Of a DNA stretch of 64,000 nucleotides, positions 25,760 to 42,046 are shown piece after piece. A program made the translations under genes and the position numbers. Each line of letters begins with the position of its first letter. The stretch's first letter is position 1. Origin of the DNA: the human T2T-CHM13v2.0 reference genome, Homo sapiens; NCBI RefSeq assembly GCF_009914755.1, contig NC_060947.1, one strand, 5' to 3'. Under the pieces are notes generated by a model. It was not told the DNA's origin, ran no database searches, and was given only the letters and a program-made list of their open reading frames with translations.

Positions 25760-26780
25760 ATAACATTTACTTATGGTAAAAAACACAAAATGTGAAGTGT
25801 GCAACTTGAACTTGCACATGTGTACAAACCAGTGTAAACAACTGCCCAGATTATATACAGAGTATTTCAGCACCCTCGAAGGTTCCCTGGTGTCCCTTTT
25901 CAGTCAGTAACCGCAGCCCTCTCACATCCCCTCGACCCTGCCCAGGAGTACCACTAATCTGAATTATATTCCCATAGATTAGTTTTGTCTCTTCTTCAAC
26001 TTCATATAAATAGAATCACACAGTGTGGACTGTTTCGTGTACCTTCTTTCACTCAACATTGTGTCTGCAAGAGTTAGTTACATGGTGCATGTAAACATAG
26101 TCTTGTCTTCATTGTGGTATAGGATTACATTATACAAATATAGCACAGTTTACCCATTCTTCTGGACATTTGGGTTGTTTTTTAGGTTTGGGCTACTATG
26201 ATAGAGCTGCAATGAGCATTATGGTATATGCTTTTTGGTGGACATAAATAAACGTGTAAGATTGCTTGAAAATAAGGTATGTTTAGCTTTAGAAAGTACT
26301 ACCTAACATTTTCCTAAAGTGGTTATACTAATTTATACTTCCATCAGCAATGTAAAAAAGGTCTAGTTGTTCCACATCCTCACCAACACTTGCTATTCTC
26401 AGTCTGTTTTATTTTAGCCATTCTATAGATATATAGTGTTATCTAGATTTAATTTGCCTCACACTTTCACTTTTTCATTGACATTGACTATTTCATTGTA
26501 TTCTGTTCATGATAAATAGTTAAAGTTTCTGAAGTGTCCATAACAATAATTTTAAACATCTAACCCTTTGGCTTCCCTGCTGCCTGATGTTATTTTGGTG
26601 GGGTGGGAGCACACATGGAGATTTGATTTCTTCTTTTGTAAGATGTTCAAGTATTTTGTGTATTTTAAAATCAGTTGTCTTTATTGATTTGTAGGAATTC
26701 TTTCTATATTCTGGACACAGGTCCTTTCTTGGATGTATGTATTGCAAATCTTTTCTCCCAGCCTGGGACTTGCCTTTTCA
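25760..26780 (-). mobile_element. Old L1 (L1M/L1ME) 3' fragment
   Basis: ggacatttgggttgttt, ccacatcctcaccaacacttg and ttttagccattct are antisense L1 motifs. Confidence 0.75.
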
Positions 26781-27035
26781 AGAAAAGTGAGTTCTGGATT
26801 AACAATACATCTGGTTAGATGTAGAAGCAATGACACAAATAATTCAAAATATTAAAAGTCCTTTCTTCCTAGCAAGAGCAATGTTTGATTCCACAATGCC
26901 TCCACTATTTGTTGGTTGACTTTAGAAAGAGCTTTGCCTTTTATTTGTGTTGTGCTTATGCTAATGTAATTAGTTTACATTTTCTACAAATAAAAAGATT
27001 TGCAGTTGGGAGGAGGAAATAATTAAAACGTGTCA

Positions 27036-27248
<213 letters not shown>

Positions 27249-27729
27249 TCAGACTCAGAAAAAAATATTGGGGGACAGGCTAAGGAATTTAGGTTTAAAG
27301 TAACAAAATACACAAAACAAAGGTTTTCTTGTTTGCACACATTTAATTGTCAATGTTAAAAGCCTTTGAACAAAACTTAGGTAATAGATTTTTGAGATTA
27401 TAAATCATAGCCCAGCGCAGAGATTGTTGAGGTTTGGCCTGAGCTTTTTCTTTGTTAAAACTCCCCAGTTGATTAGAATGTTCAGGCAGAGTGGGAAACG
27501 CTGTACTAGAATACGGCTTCAGCTTACGTTTTTCACCTTGTGCTCCGTGTCTGTCCCATTTACTTGAGATTCTTTTATCCCATGCTTTCATTCTCCCTGT
27601 TTGGCATGCCTTCTCCCGAAGCTTCCCATCTTCAAACACCATCTTATCTGTGATGTTCTTTTGGTAACTGCAGTCCTAGCCTACTGTGGCAACTGTCTTC
27701 TATGCCCCACATTTTAAATCAAGTATTAA

Positions 27730-29310
27730 TATTTTTCAGAATGTTGTCCATTTTTCCTGCTTTCAAGTTTATAAAGTTGTTATAGTAATGTCTTATTTTT
27801 GAAATTTTAATGACACCTACTTTTGTTCCCTTTTTCATTCCTAGCATTATTTCTTTCTTTCCTTTTTTCCATTCATGCTGAAAATTTGTCTATTTTATGT
27901 ATTTTCAAAAAACCAGCCTTTCGGTTTCATCCTTTCTATTGTTTGGTTTTTATTTCATTAATATCTATTCTTCCTTCTGTTTTCTTTGGGTTTCCCTGGA
28001 TTTTCTCTTTTGTCAATTCTTAGCTCATTAATATTTTTAACCATCTTTTCTAATAATTTCATGAAAGGCTGTAAATTCTCATGTAAGTACTACTTTAACT
28101 GCATTTCAGTTTTAATTTGAAATTTTTGTTGTCTTTCAGTTCTAGACATCTTGCAGTTTCCATTAGAATTTATGCATTGAACTATACAATGAGAATTTTT
28201 TTTTAAAGTTTCCAAACATGGATTTTAGGGCTTTTTTGTTCAAAAAACTTGGTTTGTATAATAAAGATTCTTCATTTGTTGAGACTTGCTTTGTGCTTGG
28301 GTATGTGGGCAGTGTTTGTTCTGTGTGTACTTGAAAGTATGTATCTTCTCTAATTGTTGGGTGCAGGATTAGGACAAGCCTTTGAATATATTCAAATGGT
28401 AAATTTTATGAATATTAGTAAAATCATCTGTTCTTATGAATATTTTATCTGTTTTTCAGTTTTTAAGAATGATGCATTAAAATCCCCCACTATGACTGTA
28501 GATTCTTTCAGTTTTTGCTTTATATATTTTTAAGCTTTATTGTTAGGGACATGCAAGTTTAAGATTATGTCTCACAGATGAATCATTTCCTTTGTCATTA
28601 TGGACTTTCTTTTCCCTCAATTATGATTTTTTTCTTTAACATTCATTTTGTCTGATATTATAGTTACAATTATTTTTTCTTTTGATGAGTATTTGCCAAG
28701 AGTATTATTCTATATCTCTCTGGTTTCAGTCTGTAATATTTTTGAGTTAGACATGTCTAGACATGTGTGTTTCACAACACATAACTGCATTATGTTTTCT
28801 TATTCAGTCCAGTCTGAGAAAGCTTTAACAATTAAGTGTTATTACTGATGTTTTGGTTTTATTTCTACCATATTATTTTTTCTGTCTACTATTCATTTCT
28901 TTCCTATTTTGCTTCTTTTCTGTCTTCTCTTGAATCAGATATATATATATTTCTTCTTTGGAAATTATAGATTATATTTTTATTGTTTTAGAGGTTAACA
29001 TTAATCTCTTAACATGAATATTTGCATGTAAAATTAATCAGAACAAGGATTCTTGAGAAAGATAGGGCTCTTTCTCCAAAATAACAAAAAGACCTTGGAT
29101 TGTTTTAATTCTAGTCACCACTCACTTAACTTCTATATTTTTGTTGCCTGACATTTTATTTCTACCATCTCCCCAAATGAATATTAACTATTAGTGGCTT
29201 TACAGTTTATTTAGACTTACCTAAATGTGTACCTAAATTTTGTTTTTGCCCCATTGCTTCTTGCCTCTTAATCCTTCTGGGTTCAGAGATCTATATGTGG
29301 TAAACTCAAT
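27730..29310 (-). mobile_element. Degenerate old L1 (ORF2 region)
   Basis: T-rich strand with antisense L1 motifs such as tttcaaaaaaccagc, tttaactgcatttc and gctttatatattttt. Confidence 0.6.
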
Positions 29311-29324
29311 TTGCAACAGTAAAG

Positions 29325-29839
29325 TATCATCAAAAGACAAAATTATAACAAGTTAAGTTTAAAGATCTTCATTGGCTTTATTTGTGATTCCAGAATTGGG
29401 CAACACTTCATTCCGTGAAACAGAATCAGTGTTTTAATGAGATGAGCAGAAGGAATTGGCTTTATCGACAGAGAAAGTCTGAAGAAAGCAGAAGCAAAGA
29501 ACAAAGAGCATAGTAGTCCTTTCAAATCTACTTTTCTTGTAAAGCAGGACAAGGAAACAGGGCAACAGAAAAATAATAGTTAACATCAGGTTACTTGGGG
29601 ACACTTTTTTGTGTAAGAATTAAAGCAGAGGGAACTTCATTATCAAGCCTATTGAAGATTATAAACTGGCCTGCTAGGGAAATTAGCTGTTTCTCCTTGC
29701 AATGTCAGAAAACAACTTAGTTCAGGTTTAGTAGTGACTTTAGGATAGGTGACTTCATTTGGATTTTTAGTCTGGTCTGTTGGGGCCTAGAACAGAAGCT
29801 TGGTCCAAAACAATGGCCTCCTGTAAATTTCATTTAGCA
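29325..29839 (-). mobile_element. ERV1-class solo LTR (MER31/MER67-like)
   Basis: The reverse strand begins tgctaaatgaaatttacaggaggccattgttttggacc...ggccccaacagaccagac; subfamily uncertain. Confidence 0.65.
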
Positions 29840-30710
29840 GTGTATATTTATTTCCTAAACATATTTTTAATCCACTATTAGACGTTTTGCCTAATGTATC
29901 TAGGTCCATTTATTTCCAGTTTGCCATGTTGCCAGGATGTATATTATATTATTTGCAGTGTATTATATGCTGCCTTCTAGTTCTCTAATTATTTTACATG
30001 TAAGTAATTTTATTCACAGTTGATTAGGATCTTTTAATAGTGTTCTTGAGGGCAAGGATGATGTCAGTACTGTCTTTGTATCCCCCCCAGTGACTGGCAC
30101 AGAAGTAAGCACTTTCCAGGTTCTCAAATTACTTTATGAGTAACGAATGAATGAACTCCAAGTCCTTAAACTGTGTGCCAGAGCTTATCCGGTCTTACAC
30201 GAATATATTTTTTTAGGTTATTTCAGTTGTTCCTTACGTCCTATTTGCGGTTTTATCTCTAGAATTCTGTGGCATTCCTTTTTTGCCTCATGTCTTCTTT
30301 TCTACCAGTTAATGCATCACTATTTTTGTCTCATAGTTATGTCATAATTTTTCCCAATGCCCTCAAAATAACTATGTGTCTTGAGTAGAACTGGTATGAT
30401 CCAACCTTGATTCTCACGTAGACTTATAGCCAGAATCCCCAGAATTATGTTCCTTGGAGGAGGAAAAATGGTTGTCTTTGTTTCCTAATAGAACCTAAAG
30501 CATGTAAAAATATGTTAATAAACACTAAAAGGGTCCAGGAACAGATAAATGAACTCCTCCTGGCCCTGTTAGCTCTCTGCAACAAACAGTACTGGATGAT
30601 ATATATGCACAGAACTTTTGACCTAGTGTGTGGCATTTCCAGGGAGTGATATAATTTAATTTAAAAAATGATTATTTGAAGACCTACTGGATTTAGACCA
30701 TGAGACGTGA

Positions 30711-30818
30711 AGAAGAATAAGAAAATGCTTTCAAGCAGTGTTGATTAATTTCCATATATATAGCAGAAGAATAAGAAAATGCTTTCAAGCAGTGTTGATT
30801 AATTTCCATATATATAGC
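30711..30818. repeat. Perfect 54-bp tandem duplication
   Basis: agaagaataagaaaatgctttcaagcagtgttgattaatttccatatatatagc occurs twice, at 30711-30764 and 30765-30818. Confidence 0.97.
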
Positions 30819-30905
30819 AGATCTTGTAATCTAGTAGTCTACTATAATAATTCAGGTTTGTACAGTTGATTGTGAAAGGCCAATGTGATATCTATGACTA
30901 TAACT

Positions 30906-31403
30906 GTCTTATCTATTGCTTTATAACACATAACCCCATCACTTAGCAGTTTAGAATAACAAACATTTATTATCACAGGTTTTTGTGCATCAGGAATCCA
31001 AGTGTGGCTTAGCTCGATGCCCCTGGCTTTCACGTTCTCTCATGAGGTTATGGTCAAGCTATTGGTCGGGGCTGTAGTCTCCCGTGAAGGCTCAACTTGG
31101 GGGAAAGGAATCAGCTTCTGAACTCATTCAGTTGACTGTTGCCAGGCCTTGGGTCCCTTTCCACATGAGCCTCTCCACAAGACTGTCTCAGCACCTGGTA
31201 GTTGGCTTGTCCCAAGATGAGCAATCAAAGAGAGAGTGTTCAGGACAGAAGTCACTATTTTATAACCTAACACGCTACCACTTCTGTAATAGTCTATTTG
31301 TTAGAAGTCAATGAGTTAATCTAGGACACAGGAGGATGACACAAGGGTGTGAATATTAAGAAACTGGGACCACTGGTGGCTGTCTTGCAGGCAACCTGCC
31401 ACA
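30906..31403 (-). mobile_element. MLT1-type MaLR LTR
   Basis: tctattgct...aaacatttattatcacag...caggaatcc...ctgccaca. Confidence 0.75.
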
Positions 31404-31456
31404 ACTATACTTTATTCACTTCCCTTTGGGATTTATTGAGTGACTCTCACAGTTAA

Positions 31457-31840
<384 letters not shown>

Positions 31841-32782
31841 AATGTTTTTCATTTCTTTCATGACCAGCCAAGACTTTTTTGGCATCACCTCCTCAAATAT
31901 TTCTCTTTAGGGGGTAGTTCTTTTTTTTATTACTTGTATTTGTTTTTGTTTGTTTGTTTTCTTTTTTATGAAGGTGGAAGTTCTGATAGTCAACAAAATC
32001 AAACTGAAATTTTTCAAAATGTCAAAGCTATTTTTCCATTATCTTGGGAGATTTTCTAATTTCTGGATATCAACTTCTTGTAAAAAAAATAGTAATTATC
32101 TCAATTCTGTATTACCACACATCTCTTGGTAAAATCGCTCTTAAAAATCATTAAAAATAACTTGGTATTTGATTTTACCCATTCTTCCATTACCTTTATT
32201 TACTTCATGAGGATTCTTTTAAGTTATGGTTGATACTGTTAAGGAAATGGAGTGGTAGCGTTGTTTTATTTGTAATTGCTTTGGTAGCCAAAATATTACA
32301 TTTTTAAGCAGACACTGATAAACTGATAAATGACTGTGTCCAACATACCCTCCAGAATAGTAAGGGTCTAGAAATTAGGATACAGTTGAAGAAATTTGTG
32401 ATAATCTGGTTGTACAGGTTTGTATATATGGTGGTGGGGCGTATTAGGGAGGTACAGCAAAGCGTAGGAAACCATTTTCTTTAAAGATTGAGTACCTGAG
32501 TCTCAAACCCAGTCTGTCTTCTCTGTGCTCTCCTCCTGGACAATTTCATCCATCTGTGTTGCTTCAATTACCATGTTGATGGTAGTGACTTCTGTCTTCA
32601 AATATCTAGCTCACACTCTTCTTTGGAGCTACAAATGTGTACAGTTCCACTATCAATAACCATAGGGCTGAAAGTAGGATGGAAACCCAGAATGGTGGTA
32701 ATGGTGAGACCAACTTGGACTCAAATGGCGGGAAGGTCCAAATCAGTCTGGTTTGGATTAAAAGAAGTGGGAATGTTGATGG

Positions 32783-33362
32783 CTGATGTGATACTTCAGT
32801 TCTTCTTGGCTTAAAAGAATTTAAACAAGAGACACACAGCAAAGGAGGTATGGCATACAGTAATTTATTGCTAAAGAAAAAGAATATTGTGAAAGTTAGG
32901 TGCAGAATAAACAGTACACCCTGAGAGAGGGAATTCAGGGCAGGCTGTTCATTAGGATGAGACAGCAAAGACTGGCACTAGGGAGACTCCCTTTATGGAG
33001 TCTTCCATAATTATTCATAAGGAGTTGGAAAGAGGTGTTACTAGTTAGTATGTTCTGGGTGGTCTTCCGGGTGCACGTGAGCAGTACCTGTACACACTTG
33101 TTCATATATTGCATGTCTCATTAGCATCTTAAATCTCCACCCCAAGGGTGTATTTTTTTACTATTATGATGAGCAAAGGGTCAGTTTGAGGACAGATAAA
33201 ATCAAAATGTGCATGCTGTCTAGAAGGGAAAGTCCCTACTGAAGATAGCTTTGCTTGAATGAACTCAATTACAATGCAAATGTTGCAGCTTATTGTGTTG
33301 ACTGGTCACGATGGTTGCTGCAGTTGCTCAGTCAAGAGAACATGGTCACCTATCCTGCCTTG
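32783..33362 (-). mobile_element. ERV1-class solo LTR (LTR19-like)
   Basis: aaaagaatttaaacaagagacacacagcaaagg ... cattagcatcttaaatctccaccc ... cctatcctgcct; subfamily uncertain. Confidence 0.65.
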
Positions 33363-34077
33363 GGAATTTTTGGTGATGTTTCTTTGAGCAATTGTTCCAT
33401 AGATATTTATCAAACACCTACTATATATTAGGCACTATTCTGATTGTGGGGCTACAGTGGTGACAAGACAGAGAAGGTACCAGAGAAGGTTGCCATGATG
33501 GCAACATCATGGAACTTACATTTTCATAGAAACAGGCAGATAATGTGTGAATGAATAAAGTTAGTGATGGGCCTTAGAATGAAAATGAGTGACACTGGTG
33601 ATGTTACTTTAACAGCTTAACTTTGAACTATGTGTTTGAATGAGTTCATAAACCTGAGCAGTCAGGCTCTGACATCTCATTTGAGTTAATTTAAAGATGG
33701 GCTGAAGTCAGATTTATATATACCTGAGGCTTTGGGTGGGGCACTGTTGCCACAGGTGACTGCGTGGATACCAGCCATTTATGGTTATGCAAACAAGGCT
33801 AAAAACCTTTTGCAAATTAGGACCCTAACGAAACTTTTCAGAAATTCAATTAATCACTAATTATAGATATTCCCTTCCAAGGGAGAGTTAACATCAGGCA
33901 GAAGGGCATAACAGTGTTCATGGTATGTACATTAACAAGGAACATACATGCTGTAATCATGGTTGATTTAGCTTTGTGGACCAGCTCTGGCACTTCACTA
34001 TTGGAAGCACCCCAGTTCTACCTGTTGTATATATGAGGCTTTGTTGTCAGGTTGGATTTGAAGAAATGATTTCATAG

Positions 34078-34810
<733 letters not shown>

Positions 34811-34879
34811 AAAGCTTTAAGAAAAAAGTTGGAAAATCACTGAGTTAGATTATGACACTAATGAGAGGAATCAGAGCTG

Positions 34880-35175
34880 CACAAAATGTAGTCTGAATCA
34901 GCAGTGTGGGCACCACCCGGGAGCTTGTTATAACTGCAGAATCTCAACCCAGAGATTCTGTCCCACCCAGAATCTGAATCTGCATTTTAACAAGCCCTCC
35001 TGGGGATTCGTAGTCACAAAAATTTGAGAAGTACTGGTTTAGGATTTAGGCCACTGGTTTCCAAACTTAGCTGTACTTTGGAATCACCTGGGAGTTGGGG
35101 AATAGGCTGGGCATTGGGATTTTTAAAGGCTCCCCAGAGGATTCTGATGTGCAGCCAAGGTTGAAAACACTGATT
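34880..35175. mobile_element. Two adjacent MER5-like hAT fossils
   Basis: gaatctgcattttaacaag...tttgagaagtactg and ggaatcacctggga...gattctgatgtgcagccaaggttgaaaacactg. Confidence 0.7.
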
Positions 35176-35877
35176 TAGGCCACAGCCTGAGCCCTAATAT
35201 GATTGTTGTCCTAAAAATATGGGCTGTTTTGCCATTAGAGAACCAGGTTTATAGTATAAGTCAATCAGCTAGGACCCTATACCACTAAGGAAAGGTGACA
35301 GCAGCCCACCCAACATCCTCCTAGCATATGAAAGCTAGTACATAGTGAATGGAGAATGGTTATTCTGGGAAGTGGGTGGGGCAAGTGTCAAGGGCATTGA
35401 GAATTCCTTTCCAGCAGATGGTATCACTTATCAACTGGTTTAGGACAGCAATGAGATCTCATTTATATGCAGCAATTTTCCTCTTCACCAGGGATTAACT
35501 CCATAGAAACACTCAGACTAGCCTGCCTGCTACTCACCCTGTTCAATTTAAATTTATTTTATGTAATTGTATGCAATAATTTATCTGTGAAATTCCTCTA
35601 GGGGAGGAAGCCACGTGGATAGCTCAAACTGCTGAAGGCAGTAAATAGAATGGCCTCATGCATTCATTAAGTTATAAAGCAAACAGCAGGGGATTGTGGG
35701 GGAAAAGAAGAGGTGACTGAATACTCAAAAGAGGACACCTTTGGGGGAACCCCCCACCATCTTCTTCCACTCCTCTGTCTCCCAGAAATGTGGTTCAGAA
35801 AACCCAATCTGCACAGTTCAATTTTTTTTTAATGAAAACTAAATTATGGAAATAGGCAAGTATAGACTTCACTTTTA

Positions 35878-36180
<303 letters not shown>

Positions 36181-36601
36181 AAAATTGCAATGTTAAGTTC
36201 TCCATGGTCCCAAAGTCACTTTAACTGAGACTCAAAGAGAATTGAGCTAGGAGAAAGTATGTGTGAAGTTCTATCTTCTTGCTCAAAAAGCTGGCTGCAG
36301 TGAGATTTTGGTATGATTCATGCATGCATGGCTATAATAATAACAAGAAATCAAAGCTGGTACCCTGAGAGGGTAGGTATTCTTTTTATTCCTTAGATGA
36401 AGGGACTAAAACTTCCTGGAGTTGTGATCTTTAAAATTCAGTGTCTGTGACAGCTGAAAATGCCAAAATATGCTTAAATTGCAGAGCTGCAGTAAATTCT
36501 ATTTCACACGAATTAACTATGAAAATACCATTGCTTGTCGACCACTGCGTATGTGATCAATGGGCAAATGTAGAGTGGTCAATCCACTTGTAAATAAGTT
36601 A

Positions 36602-37317
36602 TGACAACAGAGAAATATAAATAAAATCCTAAGCCCCCCAACTGATTGAATGGACTCCCTCTTGGCCAAGGGGACCTCAGAGTAACCTTGAAAACTGAGC
36701 TCTTGGTCCTGACAGGATGGGAGGTCAGACACACCTTGTAATACCTCTTCCCTTGCTAACCACCATTAGCCTTTCTTTCCTCAAGGCTAAACAGAAACCA
36801 GCCTTTTTGAAAGACTCCACCACTGGTATGGACCAACCACCTCCCACTGCCCCTCCCTTTTGGCATAACAACTGACCAGCATTCCTTCCTGATAAGAGAC
36901 CACCAACCACGGCTCTGGCCAGTCTACAGAGAATGCAGCAGTGAGGGTTTTCATGTCCTCTGCTTCACTTTTTAACATCAGAGGGCTGAAAACTGCACCA
37001 CTGGATCATGCTAACACTGCCATTTTTGAACATGGGTCCCATAGAAGGGCATGAAGCTCAATTGTACATGCTCATGTTTCCCCTTTCATAAGTATTCATG
37101 ACTCCTCCTATAGCTTATTGAATATGTACATTTGACCACCTCGCTCAGCCGGAATTCCCATCTTATTCTCCCCTCCCTCAAAGTATCTGTTTCTGGCTTC
37201 TGGTTGGAGGCTGTGCTTCTGAGCCTGTCAAAACGGCCACCCTGCAGGCTGCAACCTTTTATGAAAAATAAAGCTCTCCTTTACAAATTTATGAACCTCA
37301 TCATTCCTCAGTTGACA
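36602..37317 (+). mobile_element. MER39-like ERV1 solo LTR
   Basis: aataaaatcctaagcccccca...ctcttggccaaggggacc; AATAAA at ~37267; ends cagttgaca. Confidence 0.75.
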
Positions 37318-40300
37318 CAAGTGATTCTATATCCACCCAGTTCCTTTGAAATAATAGCATTTCATTTCAAAAGAGACTCTACTGGTTGGCTATGGTTATG
37401 TTTAAAAGAAAGAGAGACCTGCCTTTCTCTGTGGAGGTATGTGCTGGTCTTATAAGCAAGACACAGGAAATTTAAAACCTGGCTGTTTGTCACAAAATAA
37501 CCCTTAATCAAATTGTTTTGAATTAAGAATTTTAATCTTCCCAGCAACCTTTATTCTTATTTAACTCCTTCTAAACTAATCTGTACACCGTAATATTCTT
37601 GTTATTCAAGAAATGGTGAACTGGTTTGAAGATTTTCCAATTTTTAAAAATCTTCCTGATTCTAGTGTGTTCATACTTTCACTGTTATAAGGAAAATGTG
37701 CTCTCCATAGGAACGAAATGGGGTAGAAGGAGGGGAGAGAATAACACCATTGCTTTTGTATCAACTAAAAGATTCAGATATCAATAGAGTTTGTTACAAT
37801 ACCCCCCAAATAATTTTATGTTAATGACATAGATCTTTGGAAGTAATCATTATTAATCTTCCAAGTATTCACTTCTTAATTCTGAATGCAAGAATTGAGA
37901 AGATTTTTTTTGTGAGGGCAGGGGAAATGCTTTGGAGGTGGAGGAACTGACCACAAAGGTAGGTTTAAGGCTAGGCCATCTCTAGCTTCGTTCAAATTTT
38001 AACTTTAAACATAAATTGTAAGCAATTTTTGAAACCTTTAAAACAAAGATGGCTTAATGTAACCATTTTCCTGGGATGGATTATGTTGAATAAATGTAGA
38101 GGAAATATAAAGCCAAAGGAGTAGGTAGCAGTGCCAATGGAAAATCTACCAAAACTGAAGTCACATGGCTCTGAAATCATAAGTCAATGAGAGAATATGA
38201 TTTTTTTTAAGTTGCCTTTACATAGTACCTTCTAGGAGCACATGTTCCAGGCCACCGATAGCTTTTCCTAGTGAGCCTTAGATAAGTAAAGGTCCTGCTA
38301 GCAGCCTTAAAGATGTGTTTGTGCCATTAGGACATATGAGAGACAATATTCCAGGGGCCAGGGCATTTCTCTGAACTGACAATCAGTTGTGCCTAGTTTC
38401 TAGGTCACAACTGAAACATGATGATGAAGTCTGAGCTGTTAGCCCAAAGGCTAGTAGTAGTGATTTATTTCTACTTCAACATCAACACTATCTTATTGTA
38501 GTTATCTATGTAGACTCCTAAAAATGAGGTTCTAAAGAAAACTATAGTTCAACAAAGAAAGCCCAAGGGTGACACACCACATTTATTCCAAACTTATTCA
38601 TGGCCCACCTCCTAACTTCAAACCAGCAGCCTAGCAGAGACTAACCCCAAAACAGTTTTATGAGAAAAGACAAAGGGTCATTAATAACTTCCCAGGCAGG
38701 GATTGGACAATGAGGATATATGTCCTCTTTCCCAGAGAGTTCTATGAGATTTGGGGAAGCTATTATTTAAAGTTCAAAAAACTACATATTAAGATTCATC
38801 TAGATAGGCAAGAAGGTGAGACTCAGTTACAGCTGTTGTCCTTCAGGCAAACAACTTGCCGCTTTTTCATATGACAGTAAAGTTATTGTGAAAGTTACTG
38901 GCTATAACAGGGATAATTATCCTAATTCAGTACTATCTTCTGCCTAGTGCCTGATGAATAAAGGCATCACGCAAAGTGAAATGGACCCAGCAACTATAGA
39001 GCCAGCCCCTGGGTGTTTCATATCTTCAACTAGAAAAACAATCGTAACGATGTGGCCAAAGTTCCTTAAGTCCCACTACCTACCTTGACAAGGTGCTGTC
39101 TCTTTAGAGAGAAAGGAATTACTTTGATGGTTTCTTCCTTTTTGCCCAATTTGGTGTTTAATAATTACTTCTGCTGAAGGAAATCAAATATTCCATTTTT
39201 CATTTTTTTCCCTGAGGGCAAGTCTGCTTTTTCCCCTGGCATGCTCTCAGGATTCCCTGCTATCATCAACCCCACTAAGGGGAAAGACAACCAGGGCTCC
39301 ATTCAAAATCATCCAAGGGAGCTATGGGGCATGTGCAAGGGTTCCTCTGCTGCCAGCTATCCTAATTCTTGATGGCTTTGCAGGAGAAGTGACTCTCTTT
39401 GGGGAAGAAGAAAAGAAGGTCAGGAATAGTATCCTCTGTTTGGTGGTAGCTAGAGTAACACCTTGGGAATTAGAAGGGCAATTGGATATGTAAAATTAAT
39501 CATCAACAGTGTTACAATATAGGTATTAAGAGCCTTCAGATATAGTTCATAATATGGTATTCCTAGGCATATAGTTCAGAACACTGAGTGCATATCTTCA
39601 CCAAAAGACTCCTACAAAAATATCGACAGCAGCTTTATTCACAATAGTCCAAAACCAGAATCAACTCAAGTGTCTGTCAACAGGACAATGGATAAACTAT
39701 GGTATATTCACAGAATAAAAATACTACTTAGCAATCAAAGAAAACAAATGTGTTTCACACAATAATGTGGATGAATCTCTTAAAATGTTGAGTGAAAGAG
39801 TATGAAAAAGAGTAGACATTATTATATTATTCCATTAATATGAAATTCAAGGACAGATAAAACTAATCAATAGTCATAGAAGTTACAGTAGTAATTACAA
39901 GGGGCAGGTATTGACTTGGAAGGGGCATGAGTAAGCTTTCTGGAAGGCTTCCTGGAATCCCCTTTGTCTTAATCTGGGTGATGGTTACACAGATGTGTAA
40001 ATAGTAAAAATTCATCAAACTGAACTAACATTTGTACACTTTGTGTATTTTAAATCTCAATAAAACTTGAAGGGTGTGAGGTGATATTATCAATAATTTA
40101 ATAACAATTGTTGTCAAGGATGTGGAGAAAAGGAAACCCTTGTACCCCGTTGGTGGGAATGTAAAGTAGTACAGCCATTATGAAAAACAGCATGGAGTTT
40201 CCTCGAAAAACTATAAGTAGAACTACCACATGATTCAGAAGTTTCACTTCTGGGTATATACTCAAAGGAAATGAAATAAGTATCTTAAAGAGATCTCTAT

Positions 40301-40562
40301 ACTCTCATGCTCATTGCAGCATGATTCACAATAGCCAAGATATGGAAACAACCTGATTGTCCCTCAACAGATGAATGGATAAAGAAAATGTAGTGTGTAT
40401 GTGTGTATATATGTATATACACACAATGGACTTTTAAGCCTTAAAAAAGAATCTTAATATTTGTGACAATATGAATGGACTAAGTGCAGTAAGCCATACA
40501 CCAAAAGACAACTACTGATTGCATGATCTTACTTTCTGTGGAATCTGAAGAAGGCAAACTCA

Positions 40563-40928
<366 letters not shown>

Positions 40929-40997
40929 TCACTTTATGAGTAAGTCCTGGAGACCTAATGTACAGCATGGTGAATATAGTTAATAAGAATGTATTGA

Positions 40998-41125
40998 GGC
41001 AGGGCTGTGACCCATGCCTGTAATCCCAGCACTTTGGGAGGCCAAGGCAGGAGGATCATTTGAGCCCCAAGAGTTTGAGACCAGCCTGGGCAACATAAGG
41101 AGACCCTGTCTCTACAAAATAATAA
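40998..41125 (+). mobile_element. Alu left monomer (FLAM-like)
   Basis: Single monomer; aatgtattg on both flanks. Confidence 0.8.
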
Positions 41126-42012
41126 TAATGTATTGTGTACTTGAAATTTGCTAAGACAGTAGATCTTAGTGTTCTGAGTACACACACACAAAATGGTAAC
41201 TATGTGAAGTGATAGATATCTTCAGTACATTAATTGTGGTAATCATTTCACAGTGTATGTGTATATCAAAAGATCATGTTCTATACCTTAAATATATACA
41301 ACTTTTATTTGTCAAGTATACCTCATTAATCTAGGGTGATAAAAGGAAGAGTGAAAAGAAAGCATCTTGAGAACTTCTAGTTTCCAAAGTAAATGTCTGT
41401 GGGATATTACAAACTCATTTTTCATCAATGACTAATTTTCTAGACTGCTTTGGTATCAAGAAGTGCCTCATTCTTCCATCCTTGGATTAGGAATACCGAT
41501 CCCAGTCCCCAATGTTTAAATTGCTCACAAGCAAGAAGTAGGGTGACATTAAGAAGGAGGATGAATTGAACATCAATTAGCAAAAATGGTGTTTCAGAAA
41601 TGCCCCATGGGTGCTAATGTTACCACTGCATTAATATGGTCATATCTGTGAGCAGGGGCTGTGGTGCCATATAGTGGAAACACTCTCAAGATGTGAGTCC
41701 AGAAACCTAAAAGTCTCAGCTTAGATCTCAGAACTTCCTGGGAAACTTGTGTGAGTCTCTTAAAAGCTGTACACTTCTATTTCCTCATTTACAAAATGGT
41801 GAGGGTGGGATGAGATGTTTCTAAATACCCACAAAACCACTTTGACATAGCTGAATAATTGGTCAGTCAATGGCCACCCAAATCCTTTGAGGATTCTTCA
41901 GAGTTAAGACAGTTGAGAACCAAGCCAGGCCTCCCCAGTTAGGGACAATCCCACTGGTGAAGACCCAGTCTCCAGCCCCTTCCCTACCAATATCTACACA
42001 GTGTCTCTGGGA

Positions 42013-42044
<32 letters not shown>
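42013..42044. repeat. (CA)~16 microsatellite
   Basis: Perfect dinucleotide run. Confidence 0.97.

Positions 42045-42046
<2 letters not shown>

Noticed and set aside
25866-25886. TTCAGCACC RE1/REST half-site
   Set aside because: The right half (GGACAG) is absent and the site lies in an L1 fragment.
30711-30818. CRISPR-like or VNTR interpretation of the 54-bp repeat
   Set aside because: Only two abutting copies, no spacers, and a eukaryotic context.
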